Source: Cyanophora paradoxa CCMP329
Lineage: Eukaryota > Plantae > Glaucophyta
NCBI GenBank assembly: GCA_004431415.1
Contig: QPMI01000407.1
Location: 32,936 to 96,935 of the forward strand
DNA length: 64,000 nt
Reading direction: 5' to 3'
The notes beneath the pieces were generated by a model. That model was not told the DNA's origin. It did not search any database and saw only the letters and a program-made list of their open reading frames with translations. Shown here in pieces: positions 31,900 through 45,652 of this stretch. The stretch's first letter is position 1; the number at the start of each line of letters is the position of its first letter. The position numbers were made by a program, and so were the translations under genes.

Positions 31900-34800
31900 G
31901 GGGAACCGTGCTGTAATAGTCATCCGAAATTATCTTGCGCTTTGTGTATTCCGTCTTATTTAATACTCTGCTGAAAGGAATTTGGATGATAGAACTAAAG
32001 CCAATCCCTGCCTCGCGTTGCTTTCCATTCGGTTTGAAGACACGAGCAAGTTTAGACTCAATTGTGCATTCTGGCTGATACCTGCTCTCGAGCATCTGCT
32101 TGAACGCTTCCAAAGCGACCCGTGACTCGAGGTGCCCTTCCTCATCTCCGGATCACTCGAAAGCCAGTTCTCTTCTATCCAGCTCTTCGGAATTCCTTTC
32201 GCACGCACATGCACGTCAGACTCCCATTCGCCTTCACAAAACGACAGCAGTAAACCTTTGGGCCAACAAAGTATGCCTCCACAATTTGCCCTTGGATGTC
32301 GTAATCTAGTTTTCCCAGCTCGTTCTCGCATATCGCCCTGTTTGCCTCTTCTTCGCTCATACCCTCCAAAGAGTATGGTCGTTTCATGCAATCAGTCACC
32401 AGCTCTGCAAATTTCCTGTGCACAACAAGAGAGTCGGTGTCCGTGTAAAACGGCATGGCTTCGATGTCTTTGTAAGAGTTCATCTTTACTAGGAACCTGT
32501 CCATGATCTCGCGACTGTAGGAGAGAATAAATGCTCCAATGAAGCAGGGCTTCGACACACAAGCATCACGTTTGCTCTCTGGTACTTCGTATGTCACATA
32601 CATCCGTGTTTCACTCTCAATTTCGATGTCTGTAATCGTAGACGTCCGCTGGAGCTCTTTAAATCGGCGGTAATTAGAAACTAGCTCCGTGGTTTCGATC
32701 ACTGCCCGCTGGGCAAATTTGCCGTAGAGACCATTTAGTTGAATCTTTGCTGTTGCGTACTGAGCTGTGCCCTTCCTTGAACGTGCCTTCATACAATACA
32801 ACTTCTCGATGTAATCTTTAAACATTCGCTCCTTGCCTTCAAATAAATACACCTCGTGAACCTCTGTTATTTCGACCCCAAGCGCTATCGCCCTATAGAT
32901 ATCGACCGATGTATACATCTCTCGCTCGATCGGTTTTAGGTTCGACCACCCCAAATTCGACTCGTGGCGTGGTAGCGGAGAAAGCACAAGGTCCTGAGGA
33001 ATTTTCGCACTGATGCTCGCAATGAACAGTTGCTCCATTTTTCGACTTAGCATGAACTTTCGAAAACGCTCCAAAGCCTCCGGTTCATTGATCACCTTAA
33101 ATTTACCTGTCGGAAACTGGTTAAAGTACATTGCGGTCGGATAAAGAGAGACCACATCCAGATCTACCAGATAGTCATCAGACCTTTTCGAGACAAACTT
33201 GCGTTTGAATGGCAAACAGCGACCTCCGTAAATAGCCCTGCGAAAAACCTGATCTTCGCTGTACTTCGGAAGGTGCAGCTCTGTCTTCATTAGCTGCCGG
33301 TAAATCTGAAATGCCATTGATGAAGCTGTAAGTGTCTGCTTAGAATTCACATTAATTCCGAATAGCTCAAAACACGTTCTCGAATATTTCATGTATAGCT
33401 CCGTCATTGATCGCACGTCGGCTCTAAGATATTCACCCCATTCCTCCTTGTGTGTCTCAACATCTGCCCACGTCTTGATCTTGCGATGGTCGAAGTCTCC
33501 TTTGATTGTCGTGCAGCCGTAGTCCTTTCCGGCTTGCTTTAGTGAACCTTGAATGTGTAGGCACGGGTCAAAACTTGTCAACTCTCCTCCAGCTGAGGTC
33601 TTCCACTTCATACTCTTAATCTTGCCCGAGGAGCGCATGACGTTCACCTGGCTGTCTGGCCGATTCTCTATCAGCCATCGGTATATGAATATCAGATCAA
33701 AACCCGCACCGTTGTAAAATACTACTGTGGTCTTCTCTGCCCAATCATCCAGCCATTGCATAAATTGATTTAATGTTTCAGGACCGTAGAACATCTTGGT
33801 CCCTACAATTTCGCCCTTGCAAATTATGTCTGTGTCAACAGCATAAGGAACGTGGGTTTTGCCATCGCAAGGAAATGTTTCAAAGTCCGCCCCTATCACG
33901 CTCTCCATAGCCGTAAATTCACTCTCCTTCTCGCAAGGGGTGATCTTTCTTCCAATGACACCTTTGTTTCTGATGGCCGCAACGCATTTGTTTGTGTGAT
34001 CTTCAACTGGATTGTAGGCGCAACGACACCTAGTACAAAACTGACAGGTTACCTTGTGCCTTTCCAGTTCCAACTGCATTTTCCCGCAGGCGTTGCACTT
34101 CTCCATTTCAGTCGTTCTTTTATCCTTAATCAGGTAGCAGTGCGCATCGACAATGCAAAGGTGAGCACGTTTTTCAAATCCTAGATCGGTTGCAAAAAGC
34201 GGCTTGAACTTTCCTTGCGAAAACTCAAAAACGCTGGTGTCTATCCTGTAAAAAGCGCTCAGCGTATTTATTGTCGGCACATCAACTGATATCATTCCTC
34301 GCTGCAGTCCTAGCTGTGTTCTAATTCCTCCATAGTCCAATCTCTGAAGCTGCTTGTAAATACGATCTAGGCTTATTCGTCCAGGGTTCAGCTTTACATA
34401 TTCAAAGCACTCTAACACGCAGTTGTCCTCTGGTGAAATCGGACAGTAGATCTTATTCATGGTCAGGGCTTTGCCGTTGAATGGGAGCTTTGGAACGTTT
34501 CCCAGTGCACCTGCAGCGTTCTCTGCAATTAGCACCTCTATTTTCACTACTGGCCAGAGGTCATTGTCTTCGTATGGCTGTTGCGCTAGCATCCATTGTT
34601 CCATCTTTTCAGCCAAGTTTGACAACAGCGAGTGCATTGTGCCCTTTTCGATTGTTGCAAGTTGAGTGCGATACATGCGAAAGTTATCGAAATGAAAGCG
34701 AATTAGGACGCTTGATCCAATCCTCTCTGGCACTCGCAGCTCTATCAGAAACACGATCGTGATCTCTTTCACACGCTCAGGCATTGGAGTCGGTTCAATA

Positions 34801-35030
34801 TCCAAAACATCCTTGGTAAATAACAACCCCGGATATGCATAGTGGGCATAATTTAACACGGTATCGCCTCGACCACTCTCGCGAAACAAATTCGAGATCC
34901 CATACTCAACAATATCATCAAACTCTCGCGTGGTTGCAATTCGAGCATTGCGTTCGCTATCAAAATGTCTTGTTATCCATGCCTCGTACAAAGGGCGCTG
35001 CGGCCGGTTCGTCTGCCTAAGTCTGAGCAA
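31862..35030 (-). CDS. protein-primed family B DNA polymerase (C-terminal frameshifts near 32100-32220; N-terminus may extend upstream)
   Basis: Exo I ADFET, Exo II YNGAGFD, Exo III YLRADV; YGGRC; DVVSLYP; KIQLNGLYGKF; YTDTDS; GPKVY; KGIP in the shifted frame. N-terminal DNC..HC OTU-like region. Confidence 0.95.
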
Positions 35031-35387
35031 TGTCGCTAGATTTGCTCGAAGATTTTGTGTGTGGGTTCCCTCTGTGGGTCAGCTAGCCGCAACAGTGTGT
35101 TCAAATATGTTCCGTTAATGTACCTAAGAGTGTGTAGCTCCTGCGCAAGGCTCCGAATTTCCGCTCTCAGATTGTTCCTGTCCATTATGAATAGGTCTCT
35201 ACAATATTGGCTGGCCGAAAACTTTTTGCGATTTAATCGCGCACAATCTCTGATTGCTAGTATGAGTGCGAGAAACCTTTAAGCCATGCAACTAACTGCA
35301 AGACTTGTCTCCGGCTCGGTCTCCGGGATCCGGCTTGGATCCGGCTTGAGCTTGGCAGCCGCTCGTTCTCGGGCTAGCAATCCGCAC

Positions 35388-35745
35388 ACTATCAGCGTAC
35401 TATCAGCGCACTATCAGCGCACTATCAGCGCCAATCTTTTGTGTGTCACGTATCTCGCCGTTTTCTCGCCACGTCACAGCGTCACGTCACGGCGTCCGCA
35501 AAGTTTTCTTAGGAACTTGACCCTCCGAATTAAAACAATTAAAACAATTAAAACAAAAGAAAGGTAAAGTCATCGACACATCTCCAGAGGCCGCAGCAGA
35601 CCGCTCTGGGGCCCGTCCTTACGTGCGGCTATAGCTTAACGCTTTTTCCTCGTTTAGCTTCTCTGTACACATCAATTACATCTAGCTAGAGCTTAACACG
35701 TTTCCTCGTTTAGCTTCTCTGTACTCATTAATATCGCCTAGCCTA
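35388..35745. repeat. clustered short tandem repeats at the right end of element 1 (probable subterminal/TIR region)
   Basis: ACTATCAGCG x4 (11-bp period, 35388-35430); AATTAAAAC x3 (35528-35554); 57-bp unit x2 (35633, 35690). Confidence 0.75.
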
Positions 35746-35810
35746 TTCTGCCACGTTGTTCTACAGACCGCGCTCAAGGGGGCAGCGCTCCTCTTCGTCT
35801 ATTCAAGTTG

Positions 35811-37558
35811 TCAGCTCTGCCCTGAATAGTCGTTAGATATTTCTTTGTTAAGACTCCGACCCGAGTCTGGTAGACCTGGGAATAAGGGTCTCGTAGACGT
35901 ACAAGGTGAATTAACTGAAGAGGGGCTGGAGGTATACACTGGAAACGCATGGAATCGGGGGCAATGGAGCGAAGCGGAATTGCCCGGGTGTGAGGTCCAT
36001 GCGTATACAACAACCGCCTCGGAAATCTCACTCGCAATCGATCTCCTGCGCGGCGGAACTCCCGAGGCGTAGAGGAATCGTCGGGATCGCCGTGAGCCGT
36101 TGGTCGCAGCAGCAGCAACGAGCCCTGACGCCTCGAGGCCGGCTGCACCGAGTGTCATCCCTGTCATGGCCTTGCCGCTGGGACTTGCTGACGCTGAAGT
36201 CGCAGCAACACTGGAGCGGCGCTTGTCGCGTCGTTCGCTCGTCGGCGACTCTGCCCCGACGGATGCGGTACTGAACTTCCTCGCCCGGCTCTCTGCCGCG
36301 GCCGCCGTCCGGGCGGCTTCGGGACTCACACTCGATCTTCTGCGAGGCGGGATTCCCGAGGCATAAACTGATCCACGGCGACCTCGCGATGGCACAGGCG
36401 GCACGATCGCCGAGACTGCGCTGAGTGCTGCAGCGCCGAGCGCCATTCCCGTCACCGCGGCACCCATCGCGGCTCCGTCTCCGCCTCCGCCGGCGCCGGT
36501 GCCACCAGCACCTCCCATTCCACCGACATCCATCTGAGGATGCAGTGTGACCAAAGGGGCGATTGCGAACGGAATGAATTCAAATGCGATTAAATCGATG
36601 CATGGGGATACCTCCACGTCGCCACCGGCTTCGAGTTGTGCCTGGCGCCGCCTCTCTTGTTGCTCGACCGCATCCTGGTCCTCTGCATCGATCTCGTCCT
36701 CATTCTGCTCTTCCTCGGCCGCCTCCGCATCGCCACCGTCAGCATCCAGGTCGCCGCCATCCCCGGCGTCGTCCCCGCCCGCATCCCCGCCGGCGTCCCC
36801 GCCCGCATCGCCGCCCATATCCCCGCCGAAATCAACCCCAACGTCGACTGAAAGCACGATGTGTTGTTAACAGAAAGGTCGGATCGCGAATCAGCTGCGA
36901 CCCACCGTTCGGAGCAGCGCTGCCCGCAGCCAAAGCTGCCGCCGAAGTTCCCGCCGCGACTGCGGCCGCCGCCGTCATTGTAGCACCGACCGCGGCGCCC
37001 AGAGCCGACGCCTCTGGCTCTGTCCGAAAGGTAAATGCCGGGAAGCACACACGCGCTAATATAAGAGAGTATATATAGGAATTGCATCTCGGCTTTCAGA
37101 TCGTAGCGCTCACCGGAAGCGGCGACCGACGGACTGGGGGGCGGGTCGACGATGAGCTCCACTTGCAGCTTTGTCTCGTAGTTGAACACGTCGACCACGG
37201 TGAGCTCAAGCACGTACGTTCCGTTCTTCAGGCCGGACGACAGCGGAACGGATACGTCGAACGCGCTGGCAGCGTCGACGGACGACTGCGCTTGATTCGA
37301 TGCGGCGAGCTGCGCCGAAATGTCCTGCGGCCCGCTGATCTGGCGCCATGTTCTTTGCAGGGCTGGGGAGACTTCGTTGTTCCCGAGCAGCGCGACGATT
37401 GTGGGCTTGCCGTCAACGTACATAAACGCCGCCCGGGAGACTGTGGGCCGAACCTGGCCGATATCTGCGCATGCAAGGAATGTGTTTACGTGAAGTGCAT
37501 TCGAAACGGAACTGCCCCATGCATGGCCAAAGCAGCCGGTGCGGGCATAGAGCAGCGC

Positions 37559-37620
<62 letters not shown>

Positions 37621-40600
37621 GGCCGAAGGAAGTTCCTCGTACGCCTGGACGCTCAGGACCGGGGCGCCAAAGACCTGCGAACGTTTCCGGCGGGCTGCTG
37701 TGAATATTCGATTGACGTGGGCGACTGTAAATGGGTGCATCGGTGATATTCACGTGGCAACAGAAAACGTTAACGCCTCTAACGAAGGCACCTGGCCGAA
37801 CGAAGCATCAGAGAGTCGAATTTGCTGCAACGCATTCCTCAGCTGCTCCTCCGTCTGCAAACGCAACGCAGTCGTCATGCGCCAGCGCAGGGTGCGCGTT
37901 GAGCCAGGGCCTGCGAGCTTGCCTGATTCGAGCCCGCGAGCCGAAGAAGCTTGAACCGGATGAGAACGCTGCCCCGCGTCACCGACAGCCCGTAGATCTG
38001 GCTCCGCTGGAACAGATTTCGCCCGGCTGTCGCCAGCAGGTCGAGTAGCCTGCCGTAGGATCCGTTGGCGAACATGGCGACAAACGCGTCGTAGTCCGTG
38101 TCGAGCTTGACCGCGATCGTCGTGTCTTTTCACCGTGGCAATTAGTCGTGAATGCAGCAATGCATGACGGTTGGCCGGACGCACTGAGCGGAGGGGTGAC
38201 TGCCAAGACCTGCGTGAGAGATGAAGCATAGCCAGCGCTATCCGTCACGGTGAGCTGTAGCAGCCAGGAGCCCAGACGCGGCTTCATCCAGAATGTCGCG
38301 CATCCCTGGGCGCTCTGGTCGCTACCGTACGCGTCGACGTCCTCGGTGCTAAATTCGATAAGGTAGTCTGCATTCGATGCGTTCAAAGGTGTCTGCGATC
38401 GCGAGTAAAGGCGTTTGCGATCAGCTGACATACACGCACACGCACGCGCTCAGCCAATGATAATAGTGAAATGAAAGCACACCAGAGCCCACTCGCATGT
38501 CTTGATAGAGGCTTTCGTCCAGGCGACGACGCCTGTGTTATCATACACGGCACTTGAGGATCCAGCAGCCAGCGCGTGCAGCTTCAGGCGCGGCAGTGGA
38601 AAAGAAACAGATTCTGGCGTAGAAAGAAGTGCCGACGGCGGGAAGTGAGAGGGGCCTGTGTGCCGGATGGCCTTCCGTAAGCAGATCGCGCTCAAGACCG
38701 CACTTATGAAGTGCGAGACCCGCACTCAGTTTGAGCGTGATGTTGACGCTTGCCAGAAGCAGCAGATCGTTCGTGGGACATGAGCAGAACTTGAAGACAG
38801 GCACAAAGATCCGCAATTCACGCCCATGGTCAGCTGCAGCAAGCGCTAGTTGATCGAGCCCACCCACAACGCGGGCCGTAATTGTGAATCGAAATCTTGA
38901 CACGTCTTGTCCGTCACCGGCCTGCAGAACCTCCACTGCAGATATGTCGAAGGCGACGGCGAGGTTCACGCCGCCGCCAAGCTCGACCATCGGCGCCCCG
39001 AGCATCTGAAGCAAAGCGCTGGCGTCCGCGTTCCGTATCTGATTGCGCATGCAGAAGCGCGCGATGCTTTAGGCGAACCGCAAACCAGGGCCACAACGTG
39101 CACAAGCGCCCGCAGAAGGGGTAGATCTAGAGCTGAAGGCAAATTCACCTTTGTGGAGGACGTGATCGTGCACGCGGTCGGGAATCCGATGTACACCGTG
39201 CTCGGCACACACTCCACTGCCGTTCTGTGCGTGTGCACCTACGTCAATTGAACACGAGAACTTATCGCCAAGCGCATGCACCTTGGGTCGACCCGAACTT
39301 GAGGGAGAACGGATATATTGCGCGAAACGAAGAACGTCGAGTTGGAGCCGGCCGCGGACGAATGGGTCGCGTTTGATCGGCCGGCAGAATTCGAAGCGTT
39401 TCTCCAGATGGCAATCACAGCGTTCGCGGGCTCCTCCAGGCTGTGATTGAAAAGGACGGCGAAGGTGAGGCTTGAGGTGCGGTTCGACCACAGGGGCGAT
39501 CGGAACGCATGCAGCGACGGCGTCGCCAGCGCCGGAGAGACTGATGTTCGACGGCAAAGCGGGGTACGGGGCGCCGGAATCGGTGCGCGGGAAGAACGTG
39601 CAGTTCAACTCCTCGCCGACGAATGTCCTATTCGAGCTGCACTCGATGGAGGATCGCTGGGCGGAGAGTTGCGGCTCAGAAACAGGCGATGGAGGCACTG
39701 CGCGAGACAGGCGAGGTTAGAAAGGGAGGGTCATGATCACGTGACTGCGTCTGAATTTGAAAAATCAAAACCAGCATGCGCGCACGGGGCGTGAGATCCC
39801 AAATCGTGACGTTGCCCTTCTCGTCGCCAGTTGCAACAAACGTGGCGTTATGAGCCAATACGACAGACCGAATGTTGACCGGTTGCGGAGTCGAGGACTG
39901 AAAGGAGTTGATTTCGATCGGACGGAATCCTGGTAGCTCCGCGCCACTCTCGACGCTCCAGAAACGCACGCGACCGTCCTCGCCTGTTCGAAATTCATAT
40001 AATCAGCGCAATCGCATTCTCAGAAGAATTTCCCATATGCGTGGCGAATTGGAATATCGACATGACGTGTAAAATTGATCGCACCTGCAGTAATGCTCAT
40101 AGACCCGTTCGCTGCGGCCGCGACCGCGTGGACTGCACCCACGCCTGCATTTGCAGTGCTGGCCCATCTTTGAGCGCCAGTCGACACCGACCACGTGCGG
40201 ATCCGTTGAGGATCATTTCTGTTCGCGACGCTGACGAGCAGCGCAGCGCGCGGAACGAACGCGATGCCGTAGATCCAGTCCTTGTGGCCCCTGAGCACCC
40301 GAAGAACGGCTCCGGAGGAGACATTCCACAGGACGACAGTCTTATCGAACGAAGCTGTGGCGACGACATCGCTGGCTCCGGGAGCAAAGGCGACTGCCGT
40401 AATTGCGTCCGAGTGGTTGTTCAGAGAACGCAGCTGCGAGCCGCCGTTGCTGAGGGACCAGACGTACGCCAGCGCAACAGTCGTGCCAGTCACGGCGAGG
40501 GCTCCGTCCGGCGAAACAGCGCCTGCATACACAGAGACCCCATCGGGATGCTTGAGGCCAAGCTGAAGAGCTCCGTCGCTGACTCGCCAGAGCCGCGCGA

Positions 40601-40928
40601 CCGAGCCCGGGCCCGCTGCCAGCACTGAGGCGCCGTCGGGCGTGAAGCAGACTGTCCGGACGCTGCCCGTGCCGTTGCTCAAAGACCGAAACAAGGCGCC
40701 CCCAGCTGCAGAGACGTTCCAGAGCTTAACGGTGCCGTCTTCGCCGCCTGAAGCCAGCAGCCGGCCTGTGCTGTCCAGAGCGAGGCCCAAGACAGGACCC
40801 ACGTGCACTAACAGGTGCACGGGAGGAGGATAGTTGAGGGCCTGTGCGCTTGCTGCGAGCGACATCAGAACTGCGACACAGCCAAAGAAATAGCTATAGA
40901 TCGCGATCGGCCAGGGAAGTCGATGCAT
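35811..40928 (-). CDS. large multi-exon host protein: signal peptide, WD40 repeats, beta-rich region, Gly/Ala/acidic C-terminal part
   Basis: LASGGEDGTVKLWNV, HSDAITAVAF..ATASFDKTVVLWNV, LRGHKDWIYGIAF; hydrophobic N-terminus; LQLTVTDSAG and LELTVVDVFN PKD/Ig-like strands. That this is a single gene is inferred. Confidence 0.65.
37561..37619 (+). repeat. (CA)n microsatellite
   Basis: About 29 CA units. Confidence 0.98.
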
Positions 40929-41805
40929 ATGTCGACAGCAACTTATTTGAACAATTTGCAAGAGCTTGCCTGTAATCATAAGGACGAGGAGGGAAAACAC
41001 TGCAGGACAAGTGAAACACGACAAGCGTTGTATACGTAACTGAAACTTCCGCGGTAGCTTGCGATTGGGCGCACGACGCGTGCGTATGCGCGGATGCGCA
41101 TCGATATCATGATCATCATCAATTTTCACCTGCAGTTCAATATCAAAAAATACTCGACGCCCCGACCCCGGCGCCGGCGGCCTTCTGCGCATGCAGCTGC
41201 TGACTTAACAATTCTATAGCTAGCATCCGATGATCCGAAATCGTGCCTGTGGGCTGTACATGCGCGTAGGCATGGCATGCGGCATTTGTAGCGAATGTAC
41301 TCGCCTGCACCGGAAGAAAAGAAGACGCGTATGCGCTACGCATGTCATTATGATCTCGACGATATGCGCGAGATGTGCGTATACGTATACATGTGCAAGG
41401 GGCCGCTGAGGGCTTCATGATCATGAACAGCTTCGCCGATAGAAATCGCGCTGCGCATGCTGCGGCTGATCATGAAATCATGGTCATTCTCAATTTACGT
41501 ATGTAGTTAAAGCCCTAGGCCTCGCGATCGGTCGCATGCATATGCACACGTGCATACGTAAATGCAGATTTCGGTAGCTAGCTATAGCTAGCTAGCGCTG
41601 GATGCCAAACCCTGAGGGCAGGCTGGGCAGCTGATCATAACTCACTGTCAGTGTCGACGTCAGTGTCCCGGGAGTCCGACGGTCAGTGATGATCGGCGTG
41701 GAGTGGGGTGCGGACCGTACGTACTGTACGGCGTCGGAGTACCATCATGGCATACCGGTTCCGTGTAACACTTATTTACTGCGCCACTGCAGCTGTAGCA
41801 GTGTA

Positions 41806-42063
41806 CCGTAAAACACTTAAGTAATGCGCCGGTAAGTAATGCGTTTTTGGACCCCGACCCCCAGTACGGTTAATTATGCGCCCCCGAATTAATGCGTTTT
41901 GAAGCCTTCTGGCTGCGTGAGGGGGTACATACCGCAGTTTTCTTAGCGCCGGCGTAGCGCTTCGATATTAATGCGCCCCCGAATTAATGCGTTTTGCCAG
42001 CGGAAAACGCATTATTTCGGGACCGCATTACTTAAGTGCCCGCATTACTTAAGTGTTTTACGG
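41806..42063. mobile_element. Tc1/mariner-pogo-type MITE, nested in an older relative (~41761-42148)
   Basis: Perfect 23-bp TIR CCGTAAAACACTTAAGTAATGCG with TA on both sides. Confidence 0.9.
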
Positions 42064-42155
42064 TAGCCGCCCGGCCACAAATTCAATGATTACTGCGTTC
42101 CAAATTACAGTAATAGCGCAGTAGTTATGTCAGGCATTGTCAGCACGGTACTGTA

Positions 42156-42425
42156 CCGTGTAACACTTAATTAATGCGCCAGAAATTAATGCGGTTTTGG
42201 ACCCGGACGGTCCGGACCCCGATCATGTAAATTAATGCAGCACCAAATTAATGCGGTTTGAAGCGTTTTGGCTGCAGTAGGGGGATACATATAGTAGTTT
42301 CTTAGCGTTTCGATATTAATGCGGTACCAAATTAATGCGTTTTGATCACAGAAAACGCATTAATTTGGTACCGCATTACTTAAGTGCGCGCATTACTTAC
42401 TAAGTTAAGTGTTACGTATACACGG
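42156..42425. mobile_element. second MITE of the same family
   Basis: TA-CCGTGTAACACTTAATTAATGCG ... CACGG-TA; internal TTAATGCG repeats collinear with the previous MITE. Confidence 0.8.
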
Positions 42426-42642
42426 TAGGTCCGGCCGCGGTACCGTAGTACTACGGTACTAGTATTACGTACTACAAGTTTACAACGAACTGCAGTATAT
42501 ATACGGAGTCTACGCCGACTCTACTCGGCTACGGTACGGTGTTCCGAGCTCGAGCGCTACTAGGCTAGCCGGCCTCGCTCCGCCGGGGCCGACTCGGCCC
42601 GGGCCCCGGAGTCGGCGAGGCTCAGAGCCGCTCAGTGAGTCA

Positions 42643-43132
42643 TAGGGCTGGGTTCAGTCACTGTCAGTCAAAGTCCGACGGTCAGAGGGTCTGACTGACC
42701 CGACTGAGTCACCAAATTGGCCGACTGAGGTTCTCTCAGTCCAATACAAAACCCTGCTGGGAGCGTGCCCCCCTGTGGGCTTTTTCCATCTGAAGCTCGA
42801 CGTGGATCGATCTAAAAAGGATCTTCTGTCGTCTTACCTCCAGAAAAACAACGAAATCTGAACGATACCGCCCGCGCTAACGAGGCTAACGGGGGCCGAA
42901 TTCCTTTCACCAGTGTTCTTAATTATAAGCTTTGCTCGCCTAATCACTCCCTACTGCCCGCGCTTTGCAACTGTGCTTGGCAACTTAGATGGATCGCATC
43001 TGGGTCATTTCTGGGTCATTTTCCTCAGTTTTTGCACGGTAGCCTGACTGAACCTCGGGTTGACTGATTCAGTCACAGTCAGGGGGGCTGAGCGACTGGG
43101 TCAGGGGTGGAGCCTGACTGAACCCAGCACTA
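42643..43132. mobile_element. hAT-type MITE (490 bp)
   Basis: 18-bp TIR TAGGGCTGGGTTCAGTCA / TGACTGAACCCAGCACTA (1 mismatch) with a perfect 8-bp TSD, GTGAGTCA. Confidence 0.92.
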
Positions 43133-43482
43133 GTGAGTCAGTGACTCCCGGAGTCCGGACCTCCGGAGTCCGGACTCCGGACCAGGCCCTGGCACTGGCT
43201 GGCAGGCTCCGGTCCGAGTCCGTCCGACGGTCCCGTCGGTCCCGAGTCCGACGGTCCCGAGTCCGACGGTCCCGAGTCCCGACTCCCGACTCCCGAGTCC
43301 CGCGAGCCCGACCGTGATCGCACCGATTCGCACGTCGACCGTCGGACCGTCCGACGGTCGGACAGACAGTCAGTCTCTCAGAGACTCATCAGAGATTCAG
43401 AGTCGACCGTCGGACGTCTGATCATGAGCCTGCGCATGCGCATGCAGGCTGCGGGCCTGCGGCGACATGATATCGCCATGAT

Positions 43483-43727
43483 CAGGGTTGTAGAAATTTT
43501 AGTCGGCCAAAACGGGACCCAAATCAAAGTTTAGTCACTGAGTCTGCCAAATTTTAGTCATCTGACTCAGTGAGCCAAAAGGCCCCGAGGCCCAAAACGC
43601 GACTATTTCGGACGTTTGTGGCGCTGCATGCCATAATGATATTTCCGAAATATTTCGCGAAATTTTGTGTCCCGTTTTGGCTGATCAGTCATGAATCATG
43701 ATCATGACTAAAATTTCTACAACCCTG
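43483..43727. mobile_element. hAT-like MITE (245 bp)
   Basis: Perfect 22-bp TIR CAGGGTTGTAGAAATTTTAGTC; no adjacent TSD. Confidence 0.75.
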
Positions 43728-45369
43728 CAGGCTGCAGCTCAGCGGCTGGCTGCGGCGCCCGGCGGCGCCGGCCGCGACGCGGCCGCGGGCGCGGGCCGGG
43801 CGGCCCGCCGGGCCGGGCGCCGGCCTGGGCCGGGGCCGCCGGGCCCGGGGCCAAGTTGAAAGATCGCCCGGCCATTGATTCTTCAATAATAATTATCAAT
43901 CACCGAGTCAAAGACTCAATCCAACGATCATCGATCATGCAGTGACATCCCATGAATCGGCCATGATGCACCAGAGACCGGAGTCGGTCCTGCTGTCGGG
44001 ACTCGGGAGTCGGGAGTCTCGGAGTCGCGATCGGGACTCCGGACTCCGGAGTACCCGGACTCCGGATCGCCAAATTAAATTGAATGCACATCTATGTATA
44101 TAGACGCGTGCACGTGCACGTGCGTTCGCGATCGCCAGTCGTCGCGATCGCTCGTCGGTGATCATGATATATATTATATATATACATTTCCCCCCGGCCC
44201 AGTGAACCGGTCCGGCGCCGGCGGCCCGGGCCCCGGGCCCCGGGCGGCGGGGCCGGCTGGGCGGCCCGGTTCCGGTACCGTACTGTCCGACGGTCACGGC
44301 GTCACCGTGGCATGCGCATAATATGTCCTTTTTGCGTAATTTCTAAGGAGGTGGACTCCGGGAGTTCGCCGTCCGTGGGACTAGTACTGTCCCGTTGGCC
44401 ATGGGGGTCCCGGAGAGTCCGGGATCGATATCCCTGGTGGTCGCCCGCCTCCTGCGCCGTCCCCTCCTGTTCTGGCCGGGCTCCTGTAGTGACCCTTGGG
44501 CCCGTCTCCATTCCTGCTCTCGCTGCCCCTCTCGACGCTCCTTTCCCCCCATTCCCTGCGGTCCCGATTCCTGTGCTCCGGGATCCTTGGCCCACGTGCA
44601 CTGGCCCCGCCTCTAGATCTATCTCCTCCCTCCTTACAACTTGCTGTCACGGGGCCTCTTCGCTTGCCTGTTCCCCGGCAGGTCCCTGGTCATCTTGCAG
44701 CTCCGTACCCCTAGGCATTCTTACCTCTTCCCCTTGCTCCTCCACTTCCGCCCCCGCGTGGCCGCGCCCTCTTTCTGACGTCCTCCTGGCTCAGCCCCCT
44801 CTTCAGCCCATCCTTCTTGCCCCCGCTTCTGCAACTGTGACGCTGGGCGGCACTATCTTTTTGCATGCCCCTCCCGCCACTACGTCCCCGGTCTCTCTGC
44901 ATCTGCATCCACTTTCCCGGGTCCGCTTGCGAGCCCCCTCGCCTCCAGAGCTCGACATCACTTCGGCCTCCCTCGCCTCCGTTCTCGATTCTCCATACCC
45001 TTCGAATAGCCGCATTCTCTCTCCTCCTCCGCCCCCCCTCCCCCCCTCGAGCTCCGGATCCTCGGCCTCTGCCCCGCTTGCGAGTGTTGGCGAGACTGTC
45101 CTCTTTTCGGCATTGACACGAAGTCCAAAAAATACTGAAGACGAAGAAATTTAAAGATGATTATAAGCTTCTGCTTTGCAATTGCAGCGGCGACTACCTA
45201 TATACACTGGACTACCGTAGTACGCCCTGCATGGTTATATTATTAGTTTGAATCAATGTCTACCACAGTTGCAAGCGCATGAAACGCTACAGTTAGGGCC
45301 TTAAATGTGTGAGACGCGAAATTCATAGGCGAGCAAACGGCACACAAATCATACATACAGATCAGCGAG

Positions 45370-45652
45370 ACACATAGTAAAATGCGGAGTTTTAACCCTC
45401 GGCTTATCTTAATTGATTTTGTTGATATATCTCGTATATTCTATTTCAATCAATCGATAATCTGTGTATATCTTATCGAATATTCAATTATTTCGATTAT
45501 TTTGTATTCTTTTCGATATTTTATCGTAAATTTCTCTTATTTTCCGATTAGTCTTACTGAGTTAATCGATAATCTGTATATATTTCCGAATAATATAACT
45601 GAATCTCAATTAGATCTTGCCTCTGGTTAAAACTCCGCATTTTACTATGTGT
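45370..45652. repeat. 28-bp perfect inverted repeat around an AT-rich spacer
   Basis: ACACATAGTAAAATGCGGAGTTTTAACC (45370-45397) and its reverse complement (45625-45652). Confidence 0.9.

Larger units (their letters stand above)
19795..35750. mobile_element. endogenous Polinton-like virus, element 1 (left end truncated)
   Basis: Intronless, lower-GC, gene-dense block with pPolB, rve integrase, A32-like ATPase, MCP and two minor capsid genes. Boundaries judged from the composition shift. Confidence 0.9.

Noticed and set aside
37082-37954. ORF with a poly-HT tract resembling the viral HxH repeats
   Set aside because: It is the (CA)n microsatellite read antisense to the host gene.
44312-45154. 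280-aa Pro/Ser-rich ORF or possible retroelement ORF1 remnant
   Set aside because: Low-complexity pyrimidine-rich strand; the opposite strand has stops; no gag, zinc-knuckle or RT motif.
19795-45652. One giant element or a simple inverted duplication spanning both viruses
   Set aside because: The copies are diverged at protein level, have different polymerases, and are separated by an intron-containing host gene and MITEs.
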